From a bacterium (lineage in GTDB: Bacteria > Zhuqueibacterota > Zhuqueibacteria > Residuimicrobiales > Krinioviventaceae), in contig CAXXMD010000003.1 of assembly GCA_963675755.2 (NCBI GenBank), positions 3,328,001 through 3,392,000 on the forward strand: a DNA stretch of 64,000 nucleotides, given 5' to 3'. The notes beneath the pieces are model-generated. The model was not told the origin of the DNA and did no database searches. It saw only the letters and a program-made list of their open reading frames with translations. The position numbers and the translations under genes are program-made. Positions within the stretch are counted from its first letter, which is position 1. Every line of letters begins with the position of its first letter. Positions 30,087-40,158 of this stretch are shown here, in pieces.

Positions 30087-31451
30087 CTATTTTAATTCCA
30101 GTTTCAGTGCGTCATCATATATAATTAGCAGCCAGTCGTTACCTCTGCCGTTTGTGGGGGGCGTAAAGGATTGAATGCCTTTGGTGTCGGGTCTGTGGAC
30201 TTCGGCAAAGGTGCCATAACGCGGGTCCCACCAGACTTCGTGGTTGCGATCTCCGCTGATCCGGCTCTTGTCTACGGTAAATTTTTCTCCATAAGGAGAA
30301 TAGATCAATGCTATGGAGCCGTCTGCTGCAACTGCCGCTCTGATCTTTGCACCGCCATAGGTGGGGCCATCAAGAATAAAGTCTTGTGCCGGTACCAGTG
30401 TTTCAAAAGGGATAGAGTTGTACAGTTTTGCCAGGTGACCCATCTGAAACGAACCGGGATGATGGATCGCTTCATTCCAGGGCACATTGGGGAAAATGGC
30501 GCCTTCACGGTCTTTTGTCCACATTTGCCAGATGTTATTGTTGCCATATGTATGGCCGCAGGCACCTGCCAGCAGTGACCAGTAAGCAGCCTGACGGCTG
30601 TCAAAGTCGTCAATTCGATCTTTGGGGTCCATGTTTTTGAAATAAAAACCGGTAGGCATGGTTTCGTAGCGAGGCTCACCATCCAGTGTGGGTTTGGGAG
30701 GCGTTAATGCATAGTCATGCTCGGCAAACAAGCCGTTGTCATGATCGTGCGCGCCGTGTGATGATTGCACCATGTTGAAATCGAGCCAGTCCGCATTGTG
30801 GAAATAGTCCGATGACAAGCCGGGGCCGCGGGGATGAAATGTGATCAGATGCGCACCGCCGTCACCTTTTTTTAATCCCAATGCCATAGATTCAATAATA
30901 TCAATTTCGGTTTGAGTATGGGGATTGGTATCTCCACCCAATATCCAGATGATGGGTTTATCTTTATAGCGTTTACCCAAATACTGGCCAAAGGAATAGG
31001 CATTGTCTTTGTCGAAAATTTTACTGTCGCCGCTTTCAGTCCAGTAACTGCCCCAGGTGGGCAGCATTCCGATATAAAGTCCCAACTCTTCAGCCTTGTT
31101 GACGATATAATCCACATGCTTGAAATAACCTTCCAGCGGCTGGCTGGGGTCCTGGTCTTTTAACGGAAAATCTCCATAGGGATTGGGCTCTTTCATACCA
31201 TTCACCTGCGACAACACCACACCCTGTATGACGGTAAAGCCCTTGTTGGCGCGGTCGGTCAGGTACAGATCTGCTTCTTCACGATTTAAGCGATGGAACA
31301 GTTCCCAGGCCGTGTCGCCGAGATAAAAGAACGGAGTACCATCAGAATATTGCAGATATCTGCCATCCTCACTAACTTTTAGCGTTTTGGATATGCTGGT
31401 TGAAGAAATAAAAAGAATTGAAATCAGTAGAAAATAAAGAAAACGTTTCAT
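30087..31451 (-). CDS. DUF4038 / GH140 apiosidase-like glycoside hydrolase
   Basis: PFFYLGDTAWELFHRL, WILGGD, QSSH, DGEPRYE, GHTYG; likely start MKRF at 31451. Confidence 0.88.
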   Translation of the reverse strand: MKRFLYFLLISILFISSTSISKTLKVSEDGRYLQYSDGTPFFYLGDTAWELFHRLNREEADLYLTDRANKGFTVIQGVVLSQVNGMKEPNPYGDFPLKDQDPSQPLEGYFKHVDYIVNKAEELGLYIGMLPTWGSYWTESGDSKIFDKDNAYSFGQYLGKRYKDKPIIWILGGDTNPHTQTEIDIIESMALGLKKGDGGAHLITFHPRGPGLSSDYFHNADWLDFNMVQSSHGAHDHDNGLFAEHDYALTPPKPTLDGEPRYETMPTGFYFKNMDPKDRIDDFDSRQAAYWSLLAGACGHTYGNNNIWQMWTKDREGAIFPNVPWNEAIHHPGSFQMGHLAKLYNSIPFETLVPAQDFILDGPTYGGAKIRAAVAADGSIALIYSPYGEKFTVDKSRISGDRNHEVWWDPRYGTFAEVHRPDTKGIQSFTPPTNGRGNDWLLIIYDDALKLELK

Positions 31452-31533
31452 TTGATCACCCTCTATTATTATGAATCTTATAATAACACAAATCAGGATG
31501 AAATAATCAATAGAAATATAAGACGGGAAAGAG

Positions 31534-31565
31534 AAAAAAATGGTGCGCAAGCGCGCACCATTTTT
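31534..31565 (-). terminator. Intrinsic terminator of the usp gene
   Basis: AAAAAAATGGTGCGC-AAGC-GCGCACCATTTTT. Confidence 0.8.
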
Positions 31566-31575
31566 AAAAATAATA

Positions 31576-31992
31576 TCAGTCGATAGTTACAACAAGGATG
31601 GGGCAGGAGACCAGGTCAGATACACGTTCATCAACAGAGTCTGTAATGACTGCTTTGATTTGGCTTTTGGATTTGTGGCCGATGATCAGCATATCGTATC
31701 CTTTTGCTGCTTCGGCTATAGAGTTTGCATATTCATCACTTTCAACGATGCTGATAGCAATGTTTTTTGCCAATTCGGGTTGACCGGCTTTTTCGATCAG
31801 TTCACGCAGGTCTTTTTCTTCAACCAGTGGCAGTCCGTCCATCATCATATGGGCTTTGCCGGCAGCAGGATCGTTGATATGGAATGCAGACAGTTCCGAG
31901 CCCAGTGCGTCTGCAATTTTTACGGCTTCATTAACAATTGCGGTTTCTTTTTCAATACCTTCCAGAGCTATTAAAATCTTTTTATAAGGCAT
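31576..31992 (-). CDS. Universal stress protein (UspA family)
   Basis: YKKILIAL..., DMLIIG, SV.ERV...SCPILVV. Confidence 0.85.
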   Translation of the reverse strand: MPYKKILIALEGIEKETAIVNEAVKIADALGSELSAFHINDPAAGKAHMMMDGLPLVEEKDLRELIEKAGQPELAKNIAISIVESDEYANSIAEAAKGYDMLIIGHKSKSQIKAVITDSVDERVSDLVSCPILVVTID

Positions 31993-32147
31993 TTGGGGTC
32001 CTCCAAGTCAGAGTTTTTGTATCATATTTTAATCATACCCTCCTGGATGCTTGATTTTCTGATCAGGCGGGTATTGTATATATTTTCAATATAGACAAGT
32101 TAGTCAGATTATTTTTAAATTACAAGTGATTTGATTGGGGGGAGTGT

Positions 32148-32386
32148 TGTCTGAATTGGGATTTTTAGGGTGAAAGGATTTTGTGGTTGTAGATCACACT
32201 TTGGATCACTCTCCATGAAGAGGGCTATAAGCCCGCTTTCAGCGGACAAACGAAATGAATTTCGTTCAACAGTGGATTGTATGTCTGAATTAAGATTTTT
32301 AGGGTTAATAAGATGATAAGATTTGGTTTGATGTTTTCCGTTATCCAATCCAAATAATCTTTTAATCCTTCCATCCTAATTCAGAT
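32148..32386. repeat. Cluster of TCTGAATT(A/G)(G/A)GAT-type repeats and small hairpins
   Basis: Direct copies TGTCTGAATTGGGATTTTTAGGGT (32148) and TGTCTGAATTAAGATTTTTAGGGT (32282); inverted copy 32356-32386; hairpins CCGCTTTCAGCGG and AACGAAATGAATTTCGTT between them. Confidence 0.7.
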
Positions 32387-32444
32387 GGTGAAAACCTGTG
32401 CTAAGGTGAAGGTGTCAAATTTAATATAGTATTAAATGATTTGA

Positions 32445-33041
32445 TCAATATATTGAAAGAATCATTCCAACTTTAATTTTAATTGAAGAGTTTTTATCTA
32501 AACTATGTACAGAATAAAATCCTTTTGCTGCATGAGCAATAAATCCAACTGAAAGTCTATTAACTCTCCTTTTCATGGAAACACATATAGAATAGAAAAA
32601 ATAATGATCTCTAATTGCATTTACATCATTACTAGCACATATTTCATCTGAATGGCCAATACCTATTTGTGGTAAGAATTCGTAATCTTTAAATATACTC
32701 ATGTTTTTACCGATTAATAATTCATTAATATTTACAATATACCAATATTCTCTATTTTGTTTAATAGCCCTATTATCCCAAGTTTTATAAAAAACTTTAT
32801 TTACATTATTCTTGGATCTTGTTAATCTAAAATGAATATCAATAAAGTCTATGTGCAAGGGGATTAATATACCACAATAAATCCCATTCATTTTAATATG
32901 TTCTATATATTTTGTATCCTCAATAATGTTATTCGGAAGATAATTTAATCCACCTTCAATACTTATAATTTCTTTTGCCTGGATACAATATGGAAAAACT
33001 GAAAACAATGTGATGATTAAAAGAATTTTCTCTGGTTTCAT
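32445..33041 (-). CDS. Very AT-rich secreted hypothetical protein, possible outer-membrane beta-barrel
   Basis: Signal peptide; alternating beta-strand pattern; C-terminal IKVGMILSIY ending in an aromatic residue. Confidence 0.55.
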   Translation of the reverse strand: MKPEKILLIITLFSVFPYCIQAKEIISIEGGLNYLPNNIIEDTKYIEHIKMNGIYCGILIPLHIDFIDIHFRLTRSKNNVNKVFYKTWDNRAIKQNREYWYIVNINELLIGKNMSIFKDYEFLPQIGIGHSDEICASNDVNAIRDHYFFYSICVSMKRRVNRLSVGFIAHAAKGFYSVHSLDKNSSIKIKVGMILSIY

Positions 33042-33131
33042 ATTAAATCTCCATTAATAAGAACATATCATATCTATTGCATCATACCGGAATAAATTTA
33101 ATAGAGTATGGAATTTGTGGGTATTATAAAC

Positions 33132-33165
33132 TATCAGAATTTAGATTAGCAGGATTTAAGGATTT
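33132..33165 (+). repeat. Further degenerate copy of the TCTGAATT..GGATT repeat
   Basis: TATCAGAATTTAGATTAGCAGGATTTAAGGATTT. Confidence 0.5.
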
Positions 33166-33369
33166 TTGCCTTTGCAATCATGCTACCTAATACTATTTTT
33201 TTTGATCGTACACATCATTATTTAGGCGGTGAATTACTTGTATCCCAAGTTTGGGCTCAAAAATCCACAACCTATAACAAATGCCAGTTTCCCCTTAATT
33301 TTTATAAAAATGAATAATTCAATAAACGTATTTTTAAAAGTAAAAACAAGAAGAATTACTATCCCTAAC

Positions 33370-33408
33370 AAAAAATCCCCCACAATCGCATTTGGGTTGT
33401 GGGGGATT
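33370..33408 (-). terminator. Intrinsic terminator of rex-serC-serA
   Basis: AATCCCCCACAA/TTGTGGGGGATT stem plus T run on the minus strand. Confidence 0.8.
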
Positions 33409-33431
33409 AGAATCATTAAATCTTTATCTGA

Positions 33432-34610
33432 TCAATCATTGCCGCATTTGAGTGCGCGTACCATAATTACACCGTCAATGTCGTTGAGGCGGGTGAGATC
33501 TTCTTCAATCACTTCTTCTTCAACATCGATGATGTTATAGGCAAAGTCGCCCTTGTTGCGGTTGAGCATGTTGGTGATGTTTATATCCTTGTCCGCGAGA
33601 ACGCCGGTGATCTGTCCCACCATTTTGGGGATGTTGCGGTTGATCACAATCAGGCGTGTATGTCCGGAAAAGGGCAGCTCGCAATTGGGGAAATTGACAC
33701 AGTTGACCAGGTTGCCGCATTCCAGATAATTGCGTAATTGTTCCGCGGCCATGGCAGCACAATTGTCTTCAGATTCCGGGGTAGATGCGCCAAGATGGGG
33801 AATGCCAATAACATTTTCCATTTTCAGCAGTTCTTCATCCGGGAAGTCGCTGACGTATGCGGAGACAATACCTGCTTCCAGAGCGTCTTTGAGGTCCTTG
33901 TTGTTCACCAGGCCGCCGCGGGCAAAGTTGAGTATGCGGATACCTTTTTTCATGATCTTGAATTTTTCCGCATTGATCATACCCTTGGTTTCGTCTGTCA
34001 GCGGTGCATGAATGGTGATGTAATCGGATTCTGCCAGTAACTGATCAAGCGATGCCGCTTTTTTGATCTCGCGATCCAGGTCCCATGCATGGTCAACTGA
34101 CAAAAAGGGATCGAATCCCATTACTGTCATACCCAGGGAGCGGGCATCGTTTGCAACCATAACACCAATGGCACCCAGGCCAATAACACCCAGACGTTTG
34201 CCTTTGATCTCGGGACCGGCAAACTGTGATTTGCCTTTTTCAATCAGTTTTGGTACTTCATCGCCTTTACCAATCAGCGTTTTTGCCCATTCAATACCGG
34301 GCAGAATTTTACGGGAGGATAAAAGCATTCCTGTAAGCACCATTTCTTTAACACCATTGGCATTTGCACCGGGTGTGTTGAATACAACAATACCTTTTTC
34401 AGCACATTTTTCCAATGGAATATTGTTAACACCGGCTCCGGCACGGGCAACTGCAAGAAGTGTTGAAGGCAGTTCCATTTCGTGCATGCTGAAACTGCGC
34501 ACAATGATGGCATCCGGTTCATTAATTTCTGAAGATACTTCGTAACAACTTCTCGGTAAAAGCTCAAGGCCTACCGGTGAGATTTTATTCAAGGTTTTGA
34601 CTTTGAACAT
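33432..34610 (-). CDS. serA: D-3-phosphoglycerate dehydrogenase with ACT domain
   Basis: ARAGAGVNNIP, NTPGANAN, GLGAIG, NFARG, PHLGAST; C-terminal ACT; adjacent to serC. Confidence 0.92.
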   Translation of the reverse strand: MFKVKTLNKISPVGLELLPRSCYEVSSEINEPDAIIVRSFSMHEMELPSTLLAVARAGAGVNNIPLEKCAEKGIVVFNTPGANANGVKEMVLTGMLLSSRKILPGIEWAKTLIGKGDEVPKLIEKGKSQFAGPEIKGKRLGVIGLGAIGVMVANDARSLGMTVMGFDPFLSVDHAWDLDREIKKAASLDQLLAESDYITIHAPLTDETKGMINAEKFKIMKKGIRILNFARGGLVNNKDLKDALEAGIVSAYVSDFPDEELLKMENVIGIPHLGASTPESEDNCAAMAAEQLRNYLECGNLVNCVNFPNCELPFSGHTRLIVINRNIPKMVGQITGVLADKDINITNMLNRNKGDFAYNIIDVEEEVIEEDLTRLNDIDGVIMVRALKCGND

Positions 34611-34621
34611 GTCCAGTCCTT

Positions 34622-35707
34622 TTATTTATTCTCGGATTCAAATTTTTTCATATAGTCCACCAATTTCTTGACACCCTCCACTGGCATGGCGTTATAGATG
34701 CTGGCACGCATACCGCCAACTGAGCGATGGCCTTTGAGTGTCATTAAACCTTCTGCTGCTGCGCCTTTGATGAATGCAGCGTCCAACTCTTCGGAAGGAG
34801 ATACAAAGGGTACGTTCATCAAAGAACGGTCTTCTTTGCCTACCGTACCTTTAAAGAAAGCGGACTCGTCAAGATAATCATACAGAATGGCTGCTTTTTC
34901 GCGGTTAATTTTTTCAACAGCTTCAATACCGCCCAGTTCTTTAATCCATTCAAAAACCAGTTTACAGATATAGATACTGTAACAGGGTGGGGTGTTGTAA
35001 AGTGATTTTGCATCCACATGGGTTTTGTAATTCAGCATGGTGGGGGTAATGCTCTCGTCCGCGTGGCCTACCAGGTCATCACGAATGATGGTGATTGCAA
35101 CACCGGAAGGACCGGCATTTTTTTGCGCGCCGGCAAAGATGAGGCTGAAATCATTCACATTATAAACCTGGGACAAAAAGTTTGAAGACATGTCTGCAAC
35201 CAGGGGAACGTCACCGGTTTTTGGCAATTCGGAAAAGAGTGTTCCGTAAATGGTATTGTTGGTGACCATATAAAAGTAATCCGCGTCTTTGGTAAAGGTT
35301 GCGGGGTCCAGCTTGGGAATGTAGCTAAAGGTTTTGTCATCAGAAGAAGCAACAACATTGACCTCGCCAAAGCGTTTGGCTTCGGGGATTGCTTTTTTTG
35401 ACCATTGACCGGTATTCACATAATCAGCTTTTTTGCTGTTACGGAACAAGTTCATCGGAACCATTGCAAACTGGGTAGAAGCGCCACCCTGTAAAAACAA
35501 CACATGATAGTTTTCCGGAATATTCATGATTTCACGTAATACGGTTTCTGCTCCAACAATTATATCATTAAATGCACCAGAGCGATGGCTCATCTCCATA
35601 ACGGACATGCCAGTGCCCTTATAATCCAACATTTCTTCTGCTGCTTTTTTAAGAACCGGTTCGGGGAGGGTAGCCGGTCCTGCTGAAAAGTTGTAAACAC
35701 GGCCCAT
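34622..35707 (-). CDS. serC: Phosphoserine aminotransferase
   Basis: YNFSAGPA, EMSHRS, LQGGAS, AGAQKN, NTPP, GHRSVGGMRASIYNA. Confidence 0.97.
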   Translation of the reverse strand: MGRVYNFSAGPATLPEPVLKKAAEEMLDYKGTGMSVMEMSHRSGAFNDIIVGAETVLREIMNIPENYHVLFLQGGASTQFAMVPMNLFRNSKKADYVNTGQWSKKAIPEAKRFGEVNVVASSDDKTFSYIPKLDPATFTKDADYFYMVTNNTIYGTLFSELPKTGDVPLVADMSSNFLSQVYNVNDFSLIFAGAQKNAGPSGVAITIIRDDLVGHADESITPTMLNYKTHVDAKSLYNTPPCYSIYICKLVFEWIKELGGIEAVEKINREKAAILYDYLDESAFFKGTVGKEDRSLMNVPFVSPSEELDAAFIKGAAAEGLMTLKGHRSVGGMRASIYNAMPVEGVKKLVDYMKKFESENK

Positions 35708-35751
35708 AATAGTCTCCTATCTATTGATCTGTTTATGAAATAAAAAAGGAA

Positions 35752-36375
35752 TTAACGGTTTAATGTACTCAGTGCAATCAATTCATCGAAAGCACCTACC
35801 ACATCAATATTGCTGACGTAAACCGGATAGTCGTATACCTTGAGGTATCCCGGTGTGAAATTGACGATTCCCTGAATGCCGCCCTGCAAGAGTTTATCGG
35901 TCACTTCTTGTGCCGAAGCCACAGGTACGGTTAAAACGGCAAGTTCAATATTTTTCTGTTTTACAATATCTTCTATGGCATGCGAGGGGTAAACATCAAT
36001 ATCGGTTTTAATAGTTTCCAGTACATTGATATTGGAATCAAACCCTGCAACAATTCTATATCCATTTACAATGAAATTGTCAAAGTTCATTATAGCGCTG
36101 CCCAGGCGCCCTAATCCTACTACGCAGGCATGACGTTCATGATCAAATCCCAAATGGGAAGAAATATGGTCTTTTAACCGTTTAACATCATATCCGGAAC
36201 CGGTATTGCCAATTTCTCCAAGATAGCCAATATCCTTGCGGATATTGTGAGAGCCGAGTCCCAACTGCGCGGCGATTTTGGATGATGAAATCGACTGGAT
36301 TCCTTGTTTTTCCAACTCTTCTAAAAACCGGTACAACATGGAAAGACGTGCAACGGCTGGTTTGGGTACTTTCAT
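35752..36375 (-). CDS. rex: Redox-sensing transcriptional repressor Rex
   Basis: RLSMLYR...ISSS..., IRKDIGYLGEIG..G.GYDV; GLGRLGSA; GIVNFTP. Confidence 0.93.
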   Translation of the reverse strand: MKVPKPAVARLSMLYRFLEELEKQGIQSISSSKIAAQLGLGSHNIRKDIGYLGEIGNTGSGYDVKRLKDHISSHLGFDHERHACVVGLGRLGSAIMNFDNFIVNGYRIVAGFDSNINVLETIKTDIDVYPSHAIEDIVKQKNIELAVLTVPVASAQEVTDKLLQGGIQGIVNFTPGYLKVYDYPVYVSNIDVVGAFDELIALSTLNR

Positions 36376-36388
36376 AACACTACTATTT

Positions 36389-36406
36389 TTGTGATTTTTT
36401 TCACAG
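36389..36406. promoter_or_regulatory. Rex operator 1 overlapping the predicted rex transcription start
   Basis: TTGTGATTTTTTTCACAG, close to the TTGTGAA-N4-TTCACAA consensus. Confidence 0.8.
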
Positions 36407-36408
36407 AA

Positions 36409-36437
36409 AATATAATTATTTCTATAATTGTAGTCAA
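36409..36437 (-). promoter_or_regulatory. Sigma70-type promoter of rex-serC-serA
   Basis: TTGACT-17bp-TATATT on the minus strand. Confidence 0.65.
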
Positions 36438-36481
36438 TGCTTTTTTGGTATCATTGGAAAATAGATGCCAATATTTCTTGT

Positions 36482-36499
36482 TTGTGAAATTTTTCACAA
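36482..36499. promoter_or_regulatory. Rex operator 2 (consensus match)
   Basis: TTGTGAAATTTTTCACAA. Confidence 0.85.
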
Positions 36500-36647
36500 A
36501 TGGTTGTATTTGTAGTAAAAGTTTAGTACTTGGTAGAATGTGCTGAAATAAAAAAGTATCTAGATCGTTGTAAATCCCGGTTGCATGGTTGTATATTTTT
36601 GTTTAAATTACATTTTAACAATGCATTAAAAAGAACAGGTTTCCCAA

Positions 36648-39356
36648 ATGGCAAAAGCGAACAGTACTCCCCGAATGTTTCTCATCGATGGTATGGCACT
36701 GGCATACCGAACCTATTTTGCGTTTATTCGCAATCCCTTGATCAACACGAGAGGGGAGAATGTTAGCGCTGTTTTTGGATTCACAAATATTCTTTTAAAT
36801 ATTTTAGATACTGAAAAGCCTGATTACTTTGCCGTAGTCTTTGATACCAAAGAACCTACATTCAGACACAAATTGTACCCCGAATATAAAGCACAGCGCG
36901 CTGAAATGCCGCAGGATATGATAGACCAGTTACCCCGGTTGCAGGAAGTGCTTGACGTGCTCAATATTCCATCTATCTCTATGGATGGTTATGAAGCGGA
37001 TGATATTATTGCAACTTTAGCTAAAAAAGCTGAAAAGAAAAAGATCCATTCTGTTTTGGTAACAGGTGATAAAGATTTTATGCAGCTTGTTACACCATTA
37101 ACCATCATCCTGAACCCCAAGCGCTCGGGCCAGGAACCCGAGTGGCTGGATGCCAAAGCCGTGGAAAAAAAGATTGGTCTGCCGCCTGAACGGATTGTGG
37201 ATTATTTATCTCTCATTGGAGACACATCAGATAATGTACCGGGCGTTTCAGGTATTGGTCCCAAGACTGCAGTTAGTTTGCTGCAGGAATTTGGATCACT
37301 TGATAATTTATTAAAAAATATTGACAACATATCAAGCAAGCGTGCCCGTACCAGTCTGGAAGGTAATGAAGACAAGGCTGAGTTGGCCCGCAAGTTGATA
37401 ACTATTGATACTAATGTTCCGGTTGATACCAATCCTGAAGATTTGATTGTAAAAGAAGCAGACTCGAAAAAAGCGGTCGAGTTTTTTACACGCATGGAAT
37501 TTAAAACGCTGACCAACCGGTTTGCCGAAGAAACCAAAAAAGTAGAACAATATTACCAGATTGTTGATACAACCGAGTTGTTTGATGAAATGCTTAAAGA
37601 ACTCAATGTCTGCAAAGATTTTGCCTTTGATACCGAAACTACAGACGTTGATCCTATTCGTGCGGAACTGGTGGGTATTTCCATCTGTATGAAACCGGGA
37701 ACAGCATATTACATCCCTGTTATGGGACCCAATGATCTGGCTGGTCAGGTTAAGGTGCTGGATCTTGCCGATGTAAGGAAAAAGCTGGCACCTGCTTTTG
37801 AGGATGGAAAGAAATCCAAATGTGCGCATAATGCAAAATATGATCTATTGGTGCTTGAACGGCATGGTTTTAGCATACATGGATTTATATTTGATACAAT
37901 GGTGGCCAGTTACCTGCTGGATCCGTCATTGCGTCAACATAATTTAGACGCGCTCAGTCTAACGCATTTGAATATTAAAAAGATTCCTACAACAGATATT
38001 ATTGGCTCCGGTAAATCGCAGACTACTATGGACAAGGTACCGGTAGCAACCGTAGGGCATTACGCCTGCGAAGACGCGGATGTAACCCTGCGATTGAAAA
38101 ATCTATTTGAAAAGCAGCTGGTTGAACACAACCTGATGGATCTGTTTCGCGATTTGGAGATGCCGTTATTATATGTATTAAAAACTGTTGAAAGCAACGG
38201 TGTAGCGCTTGACAAGCAGTATCTGAACCGGATGTCTGTAGAGCTTGAAAAAGAACTGGCAGGCCTTGAACAAAAAATTTATGAAATTGCCGGCGGTTCT
38301 TTTAATATACAATCACCCAAGCAATTGGGTGTGGTGTTGTTTGAAAAATTGAAATTGCCACCATCCCGTAAAACAAAAACCGGCTACTCTACGGATGTTT
38401 CTGTGCTCGAGTCACTGGCAGAGCAGCATGAACTGCCCAAATTGATATTGGATTTCAGGCAGTTGGCAAAGCTCAAATCCACATATGTGGATACGCTGCC
38501 CAGGTTGGTCAATCCGAAAACCGGCAGGGTGCATACGTCGTACAATCAGACAGTTGCAGCTACGGGACGTTTGTCATCAAGCGACCCGAATCTGCAAAAC
38601 ATACCTATCCGTACAGAGATTGGCAGAAAAATCCGCAGGGCGTTTGTAACACGTGATGATGATCATGTATTGCTGGATGCGGATTATTCACAAATTGAGC
38701 TTCGGGTCATGGCGCATTTGTCTGGTGATGAAACTTTGAAATCTTCGTTTGTGAATGATGAAGATGTGCACCGACGAACAGCCGCACTGGTATTTCATGT
38801 TGAACCGGAAGAGGTCACCGATGATCAACGGCGCAAAGCCAAAGAAGTCAATTTTGGAATTATGTATGGTATGGGAATATATGGTTTGTCGCAGCGTTTG
38901 AATATTAGTACTGAAGAAGCAGACCAGTTTATAAAAACCTATTTTGCCAGCTATCCCGGTGTTCAGGATTTTACAATGAACATTATTGATAAAGCCCGTA
39001 AAGACGGATTTGTTACTACATTGATGAATCGGCGCCGGTATTTGCCCGAGATACATAGTGACAATCGCAGAGTCCGAGAGTTTGCGGAACGTACAGCAAT
39101 CAATACACCTATTCAGGGTACAGCCGCTGATTTGATAAAACTGGCAATGTTGAATATACAAAAGCGGTTGGAAAAGGAAAAATTAGGTTCAACTATGATC
39201 ATGCAGGTACATGACGAGCTTGTTTTCGAAGTTCCCAAGAAGGAGCTGGATTATATGAAAAAGCTGGTAAGGGATGAAATGGAAAATGCCATGAAACTGG
39301 ATGTACCTGTCAAAGTTGATATGGATACCGGTGATAACTGGTTTGACGCACATTAG
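36648..39356 (+). CDS. polA: DNA polymerase I
   Basis: 5'-3' exonuclease (LIDG, EADDII), 3'-5' exonuclease (FDTET), polymerase motifs DYSQIELR, AKEVNFGIMYG, QVHDEL. Confidence 0.98.
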   Translation: MAKANSTPRMFLIDGMALAYRTYFAFIRNPLINTRGENVSAVFGFTNILLNILDTEKPDYFAVVFDTKEPTFRHKLYPEYKAQRAEMPQDMIDQLPRLQEVLDVLNIPSISMDGYEADDIIATLAKKAEKKKIHSVLVTGDKDFMQLVTPLTIILNPKRSGQEPEWLDAKAVEKKIGLPPERIVDYLSLIGDTSDNVPGVSGIGPKTAVSLLQEFGSLDNLLKNIDNISSKRARTSLEGNEDKAELARKLITIDTNVPVDTNPEDLIVKEADSKKAVEFFTRMEFKTLTNRFAEETKKVEQYYQIVDTTELFDEMLKELNVCKDFAFDTETTDVDPIRAELVGISICMKPGTAYYIPVMGPNDLAGQVKVLDLADVRKKLAPAFEDGKKSKCAHNAKYDLLVLERHGFSIHGFIFDTMVASYLLDPSLRQHNLDALSLTHLNIKKIPTTDIIGSGKSQTTMDKVPVATVGHYACEDADVTLRLKNLFEKQLVEHNLMDLFRDLEMPLLYVLKTVESNGVALDKQYLNRMSVELEKELAGLEQKIYEIAGGSFNIQSPKQLGVVLFEKLKLPPSRKTKTGYSTDVSVLESLAEQHELPKLILDFRQLAKLKSTYVDTLPRLVNPKTGRVHTSYNQTVAATGRLSSSDPNLQNIPIRTEIGRKIRRAFVTRDDDHVLLDADYSQIELRVMAHLSGDETLKSSFVNDEDVHRRTAALVFHVEPEEVTDDQRRKAKEVNFGIMYGMGIYGLSQRLNISTEEADQFIKTYFASYPGVQDFTMNIIDKARKDGFVTTLMNRRRYLPEIHSDNRRVREFAERTAINTPIQGTAADLIKLAMLNIQKRLEKEKLGSTMIMQVHDELVFEVPKKELDYMKKLVRDEMENAMKLDVPVKVDMDTGDNWFDAH

Positions 39357-39395
39357 AACAGCAGGAAATAACTGAAAAAGAAGAGATGATAATAA

Positions 39396-39809
39396 ATGGA
39401 ATCCTCTATCAGTTTACATATTACCAGTGATCCATCACTACTTAGCTCAATGCGAACAGTTTTGTACAAGATTTGTGAAACTGCAGGATATTCGGTAAGT
39501 GAGATCAATAAAATAGTGCTTGCTGTTGATGAAGCTTGTGCAAATGTCATAAAACATGCTTATAAAAATGAACGAGAGCAGCCCATAACCATTAATTGCA
39601 GTGTTGGTAATGGATTGCTTGAAATAGAAATTCTAGATAACGGCGAACCTGTAGACGTTAAAAAAATCAAATCGCGCGAACTGGATGAAATTCGTCCCGG
39701 TGGTTTGGGTGTATACCTCATGAAATCCGTGATGGATACGGTCACTTATAACGGTTCAAAGCAGGGCAATTCGTTATATATGTCAAAACAATTACCCAAA
39801 AAAGGATGA
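39396..39809 (+). CDS. RsbW/SpoIIAB-like anti-sigma factor Ser kinase (HATPase_c_2)
   Basis: LAVDEACANVIKHAY, ILDNG, RPGGLGVYLM. Confidence 0.88.
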   Translation: MESSISLHITSDPSLLSSMRTVLYKICETAGYSVSEINKIVLAVDEACANVIKHAYKNEREQPITINCSVGNGLLEIEILDNGEPVDVKKIKSRELDEIRPGGLGVYLMKSVMDTVTYNGSKQGNSLYMSKQLPKKG

Positions 39810-39813
39810 CCCC

Positions 39814-40158
39814 GTGAGTTTGGAAATTCGTACTGAAAAAAATGATCAATCAGTTTTACTGCACATCAAAGGAGAAGTGGACCTGTACTCATCTCCCCAG
39901 TTGCGTAAGGAAATGATGGAACAGATCAAAAAAAAGGCACCTCTCATCCTGATCAATTTAGAGGGCGTGCGATATATGGATAGTTCCGGTGTGGCCACAC
40001 TGATTGAAGGACTGCAGCATTGCAAAAAGTATAAAGGACGATTTGCTTTGTTTGGTCTGCAGGAAAATGTCAAAGAGGTCTTTGCGCTGACCCGGCTGGA
40101 CAAGATTTTTGAAATACACAAAGACCGTGCAAGTGCAACAAATCCGTCTGCCGTATGA
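39814..40158 (+). CDS. STAS-domain anti-sigma antagonist-like / MlaB-position protein
   Basis: GEVDLYSSPQLR, VRYMDSSGVATL, VFALTRLD. Confidence 0.88.
   Translation: MSLEIRTEKNDQSVLLHIKGEVDLYSSPQLRKEMMEQIKKKAPLILINLEGVRYMDSSGVATLIEGLQHCKKYKGRFALFGLQENVKEVFALTRLDKIFEIHKDRASATNPSAV

Noticed and set aside
31452-31550. Longer N-terminus for the GH140-like gene
   Set aside because: It would start inside the usp terminator; the RBS and signal peptide fit a start at 31451.
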